Assembly (NCBI GenBank): GCA_035762565.1
Contig: DASTOJ010000128.1
Span: 1,451-65,450, forward strand
DNA length: 64,000 nt
Direction: 5' to 3'
Origin: Candidatus Methylomirabilota bacterium
GTDB taxonomy: Bacteria; Methylomirabilota; Methylomirabilia; Rokubacteriales; CSP1-6
In this document: positions 19,872-30,000 of the stretch, piece after piece
Numbering within the stretch: position 1 is the stretch's first letter
Layout of the letters: the number at the start of each line of letters is the position of its first letter
The notes under the pieces: model-generated
The model's input: only the letters and a program-made list of their open reading frames with translations
What the model was told of the DNA's origin: nothing
Databases searched by the model: none
Made by a program: the position numbers and the translations under genes

Positions 19872-21097
19872 GGCGACGCCGGTTCCTGGCCCTGGCCGCG
19901 ACGACCGCGGCCGCCGCGCTCGCGGGCTGCGGGCGCGGGTCGGACGGCCGCATCAAGGTCGTGATCGCCGACTACAGCAAGGACCACACGCGGCCCTTCT
20001 GGCAGGCGCTCGCCGAGACGTACATGAAGCAGGGGGGCGCGAAGGTCGAGCTGCAGGTGGTCGACTGGAACTCGATCGACCAGCAGGTCAGCACGATGCT
20101 GCAGAACAACCAGCCGCCGGACGTGCTGAACCTCAACTCGTTCTCCAGCTACGCCAAGGACGGCCTGCTCTACGCGGCCGACGAGATCCTCTCGCCGCAG
20201 ACGAAGGACGACTTCCTGGACGCCTTCGCCCGGGGCGGGGAGTACGGCGGCAAGCTGTACGGCTTTCCCATCCTGTCGAGCGCGCGCGCGTTCTTCTACA
20301 ATCGGGCGCTGTTCCGCAAGGCCGGCCTGGCCGGCCCCCCCGGGACGTGGGACGAGTTCGTCCAGGCCGCCAGCCGGATCCAGGCTCTCGGGCAGGAGAC
20401 GATCGGCTACGCGCTGCCGCTGGGGCCGGAGGAGGCGCAGGCCGAGTGGTCGATCTGGATGTGGAACAACGGCGGCGACTGGAAGTCGGGCGAGCAATGG
20501 ACGATCAACAGCGGGCGCAACGTGCAAACGCTGCAGTTCCTGGCCGACCTCGCCAACAAGTATCGGGTGACCCAGGTCAACCCGGGCAAGACCAACCGCA
20601 CCGACGGCGCCTTCCAGCTCTTCAAAGACGGCAAGGTCGGCATGGTCATGGGCTTCAGCCCCCTCGCCGCCCAGCTCGACGCCGAGGGCAAGGTCGACTA
20701 CGGCGTGTCCACGATGCCGACCAACATCGGCGCCAGCGTCACGCTCGGCGTCGAGGACTACCTGATGGCGTTCAAGAGGGAGGGCAACCAGGACGCTGTG
20801 AAGAAGTTCCTCGACCTCTACTACCAGCCGGAGAACATCACCCGCTGGATCGCCGCCGAGGGCTTTCTTCCCGTGACGAAGTCCGGCCTGCGGCGGATGA
20901 GCGACAATCCGAAGCTGAAGCCATACCTCGACGCACTCCCGAGCGCCAAGCTCGTGCCGACCACCGATCCCGCCTGGGACCGGGTCAAGCTCGACGTGCA
21001 GCAGAACATCGGGCTGGCCGTGCAGCCGGGCGGCGACCCGCGGCAGGTCCTCGACCAGCTCCAGAAGAACGCCACCGCTGCAGCGGGCGGTCGCTGA
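19868..21097 (+). CDS. ABC transporter substrate-binding lipoprotein (CUT1 sugar-type)
   Basis: The GTG start overlaps the previous stop. It has a twin-arginine-like RRRRFLAL and a lipobox LAGC. The body is a typical family-1 extracellular solute-binding protein. Confidence 0.85.
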   Translation: MRRRRFLALAATTAAAALAGCGRGSDGRIKVVIADYSKDHTRPFWQALAETYMKQGGAKVELQVVDWNSIDQQVSTMLQNNQPPDVLNLNSFSSYAKDGLLYAADEILSPQTKDDFLDAFARGGEYGGKLYGFPILSSARAFFYNRALFRKAGLAGPPGTWDEFVQAASRIQALGQETIGYALPLGPEEAQAEWSIWMWNNGGDWKSGEQWTINSGRNVQTLQFLADLANKYRVTQVNPGKTNRTDGAFQLFKDGKVGMVMGFSPLAAQLDAEGKVDYGVSTMPTNIGASVTLGVEDYLMAFKREGNQDAVKKFLDLYYQPENITRWIAAEGFLPVTKSGLRRMSDNPKLKPYLDALPSAKLVPTTDPAWDRVKLDVQQNIGLAVQPGGDPRQVLDQLQKNATAAAGGR

Positions 21098-21104
21098 CAC
21101 GACC

Positions 21105-21989
21105 CTGACGCGCGGCGGCCACTGGCGAGCGCTGCTCTGGCTCGGCCCGAGCCTCGCGCTCATCGCCGGCGTCGTGCTCTATCCCGCGGCCCAGCTCGTC
21201 CACGCCTCACTGGGCCGGTATTCGCTGACCGGTCTCTACCAGGGCGCCGTGGGCGTGGAGAACTACGCGCGGCTCGTCCAGCAGGAGGCGCTGCCGGCCG
21301 TGCTGGCGAACACCACGGTGTGGGTCGCGGTCGTCGTGGTGGTGACGCTCGTGATCTCGCTGGGACTCGCCCAGCTCCTCGACCAGGACTTCCCGGGCCG
21401 GCGCCTCGTCCGGTGGGCGCTCATCGTGCCCTGGGCGGCCTCCCTGATCATGACGGCCAAGCTGTTCGTGTGGATCTACGACTACTACTTCGGGATCCTC
21501 AACCACGCGCTGCTGTCGGTGGGCATCCTTGCGCGCCCCGTCGACTGGCTCGGCGAGGGCGCGACGATCATGGCGGCGATGATCGCCGTGGGCGTCTTCG
21601 TGTCGCTGCCGTTCACGACCTACGTGCTGCTAGCCGGGCTGCAGACCATCCCCGGCGAGGTCTACGAGGCCGCGCGCGTCGACGGCGCCTCCGTCTGGCG
21701 GACGTACCGGTCGGTGACGCTGCCGCTCCTGCGGCCGGCGCTGCTGGTGGCCACCGTGCTCAACCTGATCTACGTCTTCAACTCGTTCCCGATCGTGTGG
21801 ACGCTGAACGACCGCAACCCCGGCTTCGGCTACGACACGACGATCACCTACATGTACAAGATCGCCTTCAAGAGCGCCCTGCGCGACGTCGGCCTGGCGG
21901 CGGCGCTCGGCGTGGTCAACGTGCTGGCCATCCTGGTCGCCGTGTTCGTCTACCTGCGCACGGTCCGCTGGCGGGAGCAGGAGGCCTGA
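21105..21989 (+). CDS. ABC transporter permease (MalF/UgpA-like)
   Basis: The EAA-type loop is EAARVDGASVWRTYRSVTLP. The ORF track starts at the GTG at 21174, but the conserved first helix (HWRALLWLGPSLALIAGVVLYP) lies upstream. The only start-like codon there is CTG at 21105, 8 nt after the upstream stop, so the start is uncertain. Confidence 0.75.
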   Translation: MTRGGHWRALLWLGPSLALIAGVVLYPAAQLVHASLGRYSLTGLYQGAVGVENYARLVQQEALPAVLANTTVWVAVVVVVTLVISLGLAQLLDQDFPGRRLVRWALIVPWAASLIMTAKLFVWIYDYYFGILNHALLSVGILARPVDWLGEGATIMAAMIAVGVFVSLPFTTYVLLAGLQTIPGEVYEAARVDGASVWRTYRSVTLPLLRPALLVATVLNLIYVFNSFPIVWTLNDRNPGFGYDTTITYMYKIAFKSALRDVGLAAALGVVNVLAILVAVFVYLRTVRWREQEA

Positions 21990-22816
21990 TGACGCGCCGG
22001 GCGGCGCGGCGGGCGGCGCTGGGGGGCGCGGGGTGGGTTCTCGCCCTGGGGCTGCTGTCGCCCTACCTGGTCATGCTCTTCACCGCGCTCAAGCCCGCGG
22101 CCGAGCTGCGCACGACGCCGCCGCGCCTGCTGCCGGTCGACTGGCGGTTCGCCAACTTCGTCGACGTGCTGCGCGACGATGCCTTCCAGAGCTGGCTGTC
22201 GGTCTCGCTCGTGGTGGCGGCGGCCTCGACCCTGCTGGTCATCCTCGCCGCGGTGCCGGCCGCCTACTACACCGCGCGCCACCGCTTCCCCGGCCGCGGG
22301 GCCTTCCTGTTCCTCGTGCTGGTCACGCAGATGTTCGCGCCGACGGCGCTGGTGGTCGGGCTCTACCGGGAGTTCTTCGAGCTGGACCTCATCAACACCT
22401 ACACCGCGCTGATCCTGACCAACGCGGCCTTCAACCTGGCGTTCGCCATCTGGATGCTCCGGGCGTTCTTCGCCTCGATCCCGCGCGAGATCGAGGAGGC
22501 GGCCGCCGTGGACGGCTGCGGCCGGCTGCGCACGCTGGCCGGCATCGTGCTGCCGCTGTCGCTGCCGGGCATCGTGACGGCGGCCATCTTCGCCTTCATC
22601 GCGGCCTGGAACGAGTACATCGTGGCGCTGACGCTCATGACCGACCCGGCCATGAAGCCGCTGACCGTCGGCATCACGACCTACGTGACCGCCTACGTGC
22701 AGCACTGGAACTCGCTGTTCGCCGCCTCCGTGCTGGCCATCGTGCCCGTCGTCGTGCTCTTCGCGCTCATCGAGCGCTACCTGGTCGGCGGGTTGACGGC
22801 CGGCAGCCTCAAGTAG
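21989..22816 (+). CDS. ABC transporter permease (MalG/UgpE-like)
   Basis: The ATG overlaps the previous TGA (TGATG). The EAA loop is EEAAAVDGCGRLRTLAGIVLP. There are 6 helices. Confidence 0.85.
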   Translation: MTRRAARRAALGGAGWVLALGLLSPYLVMLFTALKPAAELRTTPPRLLPVDWRFANFVDVLRDDAFQSWLSVSLVVAAASTLLVILAAVPAAYYTARHRFPGRGAFLFLVLVTQMFAPTALVVGLYREFFELDLINTYTALILTNAAFNLAFAIWMLRAFFASIPREIEEAAAVDGCGRLRTLAGIVLPLSLPGIVTAAIFAFIAAWNEYIVALTLMTDPAMKPLTVGITTYVTAYVQHWNSLFAASVLAIVPVVVLFALIERYLVGGLTAGSLK

Positions 22817-22854
22817 CCGCCGTTCGCGGCGCGGCCGCGGTACTATCCGGGACC

Positions 22855-24300
22855 ATGACCGATCGCGACCTCACGTTCACGGCAGCGGGCGAGCTGGTGC
22901 GGCTCTATCGAGCCCGTCGGGTCTCGCCGCTCGAAGTCGTCCAGGCGCTGCTGGCGCGCATCGACGCCGTCAACCCGGCGGTGAACGCGGTGGTGACGCT
23001 GGCGCGGGAGGCGGCGCTGTGGCACGCGCGCCGGGCCACCGCGGCCCTCAAGCGTGGCGGGCCGCTGTCGCCGCTGTTCGGTGTGCCGGTCACCGTCAAG
23101 GACGTCACCCCGACGGCCGGGATCCGCACGACGTACGGCTCCAAGCTGTTCGAGGACCACGTGCCGGACGAGGACGCCCTCGTGGTCCAGCGCCTGCGCG
23201 CGGCCGGGGCCATCGTGCTCGGCAAGACGAACACCCCGGAGTTCGCGTTCGGTCCCAACACGACGAACACGGTGTTCGGCGCGACGCGCAACCCCTGGGA
23301 TCTCACGCGGACCTCCGGCGGCTCCAGCGGCGGCGCGGCGGCGGCGCTCGCCACCGGCATGTGCCCGCTGGCCGAGGGCTCCGACCTGGGCGGCTCGCTC
23401 CGGGGGCCGGCGTCGTTCTGCGGCGTGGTGGGCTTCCGCACGACGCCCGGGCTGATCCCGCGGTACCCGTCGGCACTCGCCTGGGACACCTACTCCGTGG
23501 AAGGGCCGATGGCGCGCACCGTCGCCGACACGGCGCTGATGCTGTCGGTGATGGCCGGACCCGACGACCGGGCGCCGCTGTCCTACGACGTCGACGTACG
23601 CCCGTTGGTAGCCGCGACCAGGGCGCCCTCGGTCAAGGGCTGGCGGATCGTGTGGACGCCGGACCTCGGCGGGCTGGTGATGATCGACGACGAGGTCCGA
23701 GCCCTGGTCGAGCGCGCCATGAGCGTGTTCCGCTCGCTGGGCGCGCGCGTCGAGCCGGCCTGCCCCGACGTGAGCGACGTGCCCGAGATCGTGCGGCTCT
23801 CCCGCGGGTTCCTGATGGTCGCGCGCCACGCCGACAAGCTGCCCGAGCACCGCGCGATCCTGCAGCCGGGATTGGTGGAGAACACCGAGCAGGGGCTGGC
23901 GCTGTCCTCCCGCGACGTGGCGCGGGGCGAGCTGCTGCGCACGCGCCAGTGGCAGCGCGTGCGCGAGTTCCTGGACGGCCGGGACGTGTGGATCACGCCG
24001 ACCATGGCCGTGCCGGCGTTCCCCATCGAGCACCCGCACGTCCTGGAGATCAACGGCCAGCCCGTCGGCAAGGCGATGCAGCGCTCGCTCCTGACCTACG
24101 CGTTCTCCGTGCTGGGCCTGCCGGCGATCTCGGTCCCGTGTGGCTTCACACGCGCCGGGCTGCCGGTGGGCCTGCAGATCACCGGAAGGCGGCGTGGCGA
24201 GGCTGCGGTCTTGCGGGCGGCCGCAGCCTTCGAGACCGCCCAGCCGTGGAGTGACCGCATCCCAGCCATCGTGAGCCCGGCGAGAGCGCCGGCGGGGTGA
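22855..24300 (+). CDS. amidase (amidase-signature family)
   Basis: The catalytic Lys lies in VTVKDV. The AS signature is GGSSGGAAAALATG, followed by GSDLGGSLRGPA. Confidence 0.85.
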   Translation: MTDRDLTFTAAGELVRLYRARRVSPLEVVQALLARIDAVNPAVNAVVTLAREAALWHARRATAALKRGGPLSPLFGVPVTVKDVTPTAGIRTTYGSKLFEDHVPDEDALVVQRLRAAGAIVLGKTNTPEFAFGPNTTNTVFGATRNPWDLTRTSGGSSGGAAAALATGMCPLAEGSDLGGSLRGPASFCGVVGFRTTPGLIPRYPSALAWDTYSVEGPMARTVADTALMLSVMAGPDDRAPLSYDVDVRPLVAATRAPSVKGWRIVWTPDLGGLVMIDDEVRALVERAMSVFRSLGARVEPACPDVSDVPEIVRLSRGFLMVARHADKLPEHRAILQPGLVENTEQGLALSSRDVARGELLRTRQWQRVREFLDGRDVWITPTMAVPAFPIEHPHVLEINGQPVGKAMQRSLLTYAFSVLGLPAISVPCGFTRAGLPVGLQITGRRRGEAAVLRAAAAFETAQPWSDRIPAIVSPARAPAG

Positions 24301-24304
24301 CGTA

Positions 24305-25054
24305 TCAACGCAGGCCCCCGGCGATGAGCAGTGTCTCGCCGGTGATCCAGGCCGCATCCCGAGACGCCAGGAAGACCACGGCCGGCGCGACGTCCTGGGG
24401 TTGACCGATGCGGCCGAGCGGGGTCTGCGCCTCGAGCTGCTTGCGGAAGTCGCTGGCGGCGAAGCCGGCGGCGTGAACGCCCTCCGTTTCCACCATCCCC
24501 GGGTTGATCGCGTTCACGCGGATGCCGCGCGCGCCGAGCTCCTTGGCCAGCGTCCGGGTGACCGCATCGACCGCCGCCTTGGTGCCGCTGTAGACCGCGG
24601 TGTTCGGCGGCGTGAGGGTGGTCGTGGCCGAGCTGACGTTGACGATGCTCCCGCCCGAGCCATCGAAGTGCTTGACCGCTTCCTTCGAGGCCAGGATCAG
24701 CGCGAGGACGTTCAGATCGAACTGCCTGTGGAAGTGCTCCTCGGTGACGTCCTCGAGCGGCGAGAACTCGTAGACTCCGGCGTTGTTGACGAGGATGTCC
24801 AGCCGCCCGAACGCCTGCCTGGTCGCCGCGAAGAGCCGGCCGATCTCCGCCTGCTTCGCCACGTTGGCCTGCACCGCGAGAGCCCGGCCGCCGCTGCCCA
24901 CGATCTCGGCAACCACGCGGTCGGCCCCTTCCTTGCTGGACGCGTAGTTGACCACGACTGCCGCCCCCTCCGCCGCCAGATGGCGGGCGATGGAAGCGCC
25001 GATCCCCTTGGACGCGCCCGTGACGATCGCCACCTTGCCCTCGAGCTTGCCCAT
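24305..25054 (-). CDS. short-chain dehydrogenase/reductase
   Basis: The start is at MGKLEGKVAIVTGASKGIGASIA. It has NNAG, the S...YSGTKAAV catalytic triad region, and PGMVET. Confidence 0.85.
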   Translation of the reverse strand: MGKLEGKVAIVTGASKGIGASIARHLAAEGAAVVVNYASSKEGADRVVAEIVGSGGRALAVQANVAKQAEIGRLFAATRQAFGRLDILVNNAGVYEFSPLEDVTEEHFHRQFDLNVLALILASKEAVKHFDGSGGSIVNVSSATTTLTPPNTAVYSGTKAAVDAVTRTLAKELGARGIRVNAINPGMVETEGVHAAGFAASDFRKQLEAQTPLGRIGQPQDVAPAVVFLASRDAAWITGETLLIAGGLR

Positions 25055-25737
25055 TGCGTGTTTCCCCTCTGCTTCCTCGGCCACCAAGCGGCCGGGACGC
25101 ACGTCTCTGGTGTTTTGGAGGGGGAGGGGAGATCGATCGATTCAGGCTCGCGCCGGCACACCGGCGATGCGTTTCACATCGCCTCGGAGTCTGTCGTTGC
25201 GTTGCGGCGACCGAGCTCCAGGATGGCGTCGGCCAGGTTCACGCCGTCAGCACGAGCACATAGCCCGATCGCACGCCCGCCGTCGGACTCCCGGCCACCT
25301 TGGCAGGCGAGTTGCCGACGCCCTGCATGTGGCTCGCGAGAGATCGGGAGTCGTGTCGCGGCCAATCTCGAAGTGAGACCTGGAGGAGAGCGACGAATGG
25401 GTAGCTCAGGAGCCAACGGATTCTTACGGCAAGATAAAGTACTGCCAGAGGCGCCGCTCAACGCCTCGTCTCCAAAGCACGATCGTTCTGGCTGCGATTC
25501 GATCAGGTGTTCAGTCGTCTTCTGTCTGGATCGAGCCGCTGATCGCCAAGTTGATCGTGCTGAGGACCGCCATGACCACACTCAGGCAACTGGTTCACGG
25601 CCGTGTCGATCGCGCCGACCGTCGGCTCCTCGATCGCCAGGCCGAGCGCCGCGGGATGCCCCACGCCGGAGCAGCTCGCTATCGTGATCCACCTCGCGGA
25701 CTACTGGTGGGATGCCAACGGATTCGTCGGACAGCGT

Positions 25738-26961
25738 CTACACCAACACTGGAAGCTTCACCAAGCCACGGAACGCGGGGAGCGCCCTCCACTCCAGCGG
25801 CTCATTAACAAGGCGCAGGCGCGGGAAACGCCCGACGAGCGCGGCGATGGCGAGCTGTGCCTCGAGTCGCGCGAGCTGCGCGCCGAGGCAGAAGTGCGCT
25901 CCGCCGCCGAACGAATGATGGTGGACATCCTTGCGCGTGATGTCGAAGCGGTCGGGCTCCGGATACGCCCCCGGATCGCGATTGGCGGCGGCAAGGAATG
26001 TGAGCACCGACTCACCCCGGCGCATCGGACAGCCCCCGATCTCGACATCGGCCGTCGGGATGCGCGCGGTTTGAACGACCGGTGACTCGAACCGCAGGAT
26101 CTCTTCGACGGCATTCCCAATCAGCGACGGATCGTCGCGCAGCTTCTGGAGCTGGTCCGGGTGCCGAAGCAAGGTCCAGACCCCGTTACCGATGAGGTCG
26201 GTGGTTGTCACGTTGCCGGCGGCCAGCAGCAGCGCGCACATTGTCACAATCTCGTCGTCATTGAGCTGATCGCCGGATTCCTCGGCGGCGATCAGCGCGC
26301 TGAGCAGGTCGTCACGCGGTTTGGCCCGGCGCTCGGCGAGCGCCCGCCGCAGATACGCGTCGCGTTGACTCATCGCCTCGGCCAGGACGGCACGTTGTTC
26401 GTCGGAGAGCATGGGATTGAACGTCATGGCATCAAGATCGGACCAGCGCTTGAAGTCGTCGCGGTCGGCAGGGTCGATGCCGAGCATCTCCGCAATGACG
26501 ATGACCGGCAGCGGCCCCGCGAACGCCGCAATGAGGTCAAATCTCTCCTGTTCCGCGACGGCATCGAGCAGTTCCTCGATGATCTCGCGAATGCGGGGTG
26601 CCAGGCGCTCGATTGCGCGTTGGGTGAAGGCTTTGGTGACGAGCGCGCGCAGTCGGGTGTGGTCGGGAGCGTCGAGGAGGAGCAGGCTGGGCTTGCGGTC
26701 GCGAGGGGGCACGAAGAGGCGCATGTAGGTGCCGTCGTTCGCCTTGCGAGGGTCGCTGGCCATCGTGCGGTCGCGCAGCACACGCTCGATGTCGTCCTGA
26801 CGCGTGAGCACCCACCGTTTGATCAAGGAGTCGTAGTGCACAGGCTCGCGCCGGCGCAGGTGCGCCAGGACCGGATGGGGATCGGTGCGGAACGCCGAGT
26901 CGAGCGCCGTGAGCTCGATGTCGGTCGGGACGCGGTTCCGTGCATTGTCCGCGTGGGTCAT
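25738..26961 (-). CDS. cytochrome P450
   Basis: ORF 25738..27309 is trimmed to MTHADNARN, which is preceded by AAGGTGA. It has the I-helix LLLAAGNVTTT, the ExxR motif (EEILRFESP) and the heme-thiolate loop FGGGAHFCLG. Confidence 0.9.
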   Translation of the reverse strand: MTHADNARNRVPTDIELTALDSAFRTDPHPVLAHLRRREPVHYDSLIKRWVLTRQDDIERVLRDRTMASDPRKANDGTYMRLFVPPRDRKPSLLLLDAPDHTRLRALVTKAFTQRAIERLAPRIREIIEELLDAVAEQERFDLIAAFAGPLPVIVIAEMLGIDPADRDDFKRWSDLDAMTFNPMLSDEQRAVLAEAMSQRDAYLRRALAERRAKPRDDLLSALIAAEESGDQLNDDEIVTMCALLLAAGNVTTTDLIGNGVWTLLRHPDQLQKLRDDPSLIGNAVEEILRFESPVVQTARIPTADVEIGGCPMRRGESVLTFLAAANRDPGAYPEPDRFDITRKDVHHHSFGGGAHFCLGAQLARLEAQLAIAALVGRFPRLRLVNEPLEWRALPAFRGLVKLPVLV

Positions 26962-27007
26962 CACGTCACCTTTGACTGCCGAAGCATGGGCTCGATGAGT
27001 TTCGCGG

Positions 27008-30000
27008 TCACGCTCCCATCTCCGCTTCTGCCTGCTCCAGCCAGAAGCGCATGTCCATCTCGCGGTACAACGTTGTCGCGGCGGCCAGGTGCTCTCGCAC
27101 TTGCTCCGGCTTGCCGGTGTGCCGGCGGAGCTTGCCGAGGCCGAGGTGGCAGTGGGCGATGAGGGGCCGCATGCCCGCCTCCTCGGCGAGTGCGAGCGCG
27201 TCACGGTAGTGGCCGTCAGCGTGCTCCGGGGGATCGCGGTGGGCGGCGACCTCGCCAAGGAGCCGGAGGGCCCACGCCTCGTAGCCGCGCTGACCGCGCT
27301 CGCGGGCAAGGGTCAGGGCTCGCCCGGCGAATGCGAGAGCGTCCTCGAGCCGGTCAGCGAGGACGTACGCTTCGCCCAGATACACTAGGAAGAACGGCTG
27401 GTAAGCCGCGAATCCCATCGTCTCATTGGCGCTCAGCGCGTGCTCCAGTAACGGAATGCCCTCAGCAACCCGCCCTGAGAGGGCGTAGGCGTAGCCCAGG
27501 ATCCCCGTGTTCTGCGCTGAAATAAAGGTCAGGTCCCACTCGCGAGACAGCGCCACCCCGCGTTCGAGCAGGGGAACGGCGTGGCTGAGTTCCCCCCTGG
27601 CGATATGGAGATAGGCGAGAGGTGTGCATATAGCGGCCAGGCTGTAGGGGTGATCCAGTGCCTCAGCGAGGCGGATACCCTCCTGGCCGTGGGCGATCCC
27701 TTCCTCGAACTTTCCCCGGTCGGCAAAAATCCAGCCCAAAATGAAGCGGGCCATCACGACGGGAAATCCGGCCTGGCCAAACCGTTCCCGGCTCAGATCA
27801 CCTTCAAGCAATTCCAGGACTTTCAGGATAAGATCCTCGGCCCGTCGATAGTCGCCCGTCGCGAAGCAGGCCGCGCCGAGGTAGAGATTTCCCGTCACCT
27901 GGAGCGGAACATCCCCAAGCGACTCGGCGATGGCCTGGGCGTTCTGGCCGAACGCGAGCGCTTCCGTCGGATGACCAGTCATCCAAAGGCTGTGGCACAG
28001 ATAGACGGATAGCTGCGCGAGTCGCCGTTGGTCGTCGAGCGCCCTCGCCAGGCCTTCGGCTTCACGGAGACAGCCGAAGATCCGCTCGAATTCTCCGAGC
28101 GGAAAGAGTGCAGTTCGAAGGTCGAAGCGAAGATCAAGTGCCAACTCCAGTCTCTCGTGGGTCTCGGGCAGATGCTCGAGGGCCGTCAGCGCCTGCTCGA
28201 AGCAGCTCAGGGCTTCCCGGTTGGCCGATCGCGCCAAGGCCTTTACGCCGGCCTGACGGAGGTACGTGACCGCCTGCTCCCACATCTCGCCCCGCACGGC
28301 ATGGTGGGCCAGCCGCTCGACGTGCTCGCTCAGCCGGTCCGGATAGAAGCGGTCGATGGCGCCGACGATGCGAGCGTGCAGGGTCTTGCGCCGCTCCTGG
28401 AGCAGGGTGCCGTAGGTGACTTCATGGGTGAGCGCATGCTTGAAGGTATATTCGGGATCCGGAAAGAGGCGCGTCTCGTACAGGAACTCCGCCGCCTGCA
28501 GATGCGCGAGCCCCCGATGCACGGCATCCTCCGCCGCCTCCGCCACGGCGTGGAGCAGCACAAATGGCACGTCCTTGCCGATGACCGAGGCCGTCTGGAG
28601 CAGCTGCTTGTCCTCCGCCGGGAGCCGGTCGATCCGGGCCGCTAGGATCACCTGCACGGTCGCCGGGACCTCGATCGCCTGGATCGGCCGGGTCAGACGA
28701 TACGCGCCGCGCTCCCCGGTGAGCGCCCCGGTCTCCACGAGCGTTCGGATGCTCTCCTCGATGAAGAAGGGATTGCCGCGTTTCACCAGCAGGCGCTTGA
28801 GGGGCTCCAGCCCAGGGTCGGCGCCCAGAAGGGCACCCAGAAGTTCGCCCGCACTCTCCGGCGGGAGCGCGTCGAGCCGGAGCTGGGTGTAGTAGGTCTT
28901 GCGCCCCCAACCATGCTGGTACTCCGGCCGGTAGTTGACGAGCAGGAGGAACCGGGATGTGGGCAGACTCTCGACCAAGCCGTCGAGCAGGGCCTGGGTC
29001 TCGGCATCGATCCAGTGCAAGTCCTCGAAGACCACAAGAAGCGGCTGCCCCTGGCTCTCCCGGAGTAGGAGGTGCTTGACGGCGTCGAGGGTGCGCTGGC
29101 GGCGCTGGGCGGGATCGAGCGCCTGCCAATGGGCGTCCTCGACCGGCACGTCGAGCAGGGCCAGCAGGGCTGGCAGGATCGGCTCGAGGGTGCGATCCAG
29201 CGTGAGGAGCTTGCCGGTGACCTTCTCGCGGATCTCGCGGTGGGTCTCGCGCTCGTGCAGCTTGAAGTAGGCCTTGAAGAGGTCGACGACCGGCAGGTAG
29301 CTCGTCGCCTTGCCGTAGGACACGGAGCCCGCTTCCAGGATGAGCCACTCCTGGGTGCGGTGGGAGTGGGTGAACTCGTAGACGAGGCGGGATTTCCCCA
29401 CGCCGGGTTCCCCCACGATGGCGACGAGCTGGCCGCGTCCATCCTGCGCGAGGGCGAGCGCCCGGCGGATCTGCTCGATCTCGGCGTCGCGGCCCACAAA
29501 CCGCGTCAATCCCCGCGCGGCGGCGGCGTGGAGCCGGGTCCGCTGCGCGCTCACTCCGGTGAGCGCATAAATTTCCACCGGGTCGGGCAAACCCTTGACC
29601 GCGACCGGCCCCCGGGCGGCGACCTGCACGTAGCCCTCGGCGAGCTGCAGGGTCGCGGGGGCGAGCAGGATCGTGCCGGGCGTCGCCATCTGCTCCATGC
29701 GGGCGGCCAAGTGCGTCGTCTGACCGACCGCGGTGTAATCCATGTGCAGATCCGACCCGATGGCGCGGACGACCACCTCCCCGGAGTTAAGCCCCACGCG
29801 GATCTGGATCGGCACTCCCTGCGAACGGAAGATACTGTCCGCGTACTGCGCGACTGACTCCTGCATGCGCAGCGCCGCGTAGCACGCGCGCACCGCGTGG
29901 TCCTCATGCGCCAGCGGCGCGCCGAAGAGAGCCATGATCCCGTCGCCCATCACCTGGTTGACCGTGCCCTCGTAGCGATGGACAGCCTCCATCATGCGTT

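Noticed and set aside
25386-25450. tRNA-like 5' string GGGTAGCTCAGG.
   Set aside because: No acceptor-stem complement, anticodon arm or T-loop (GTTCGAATC-type) follows. A cloverleaf cannot be drawn.
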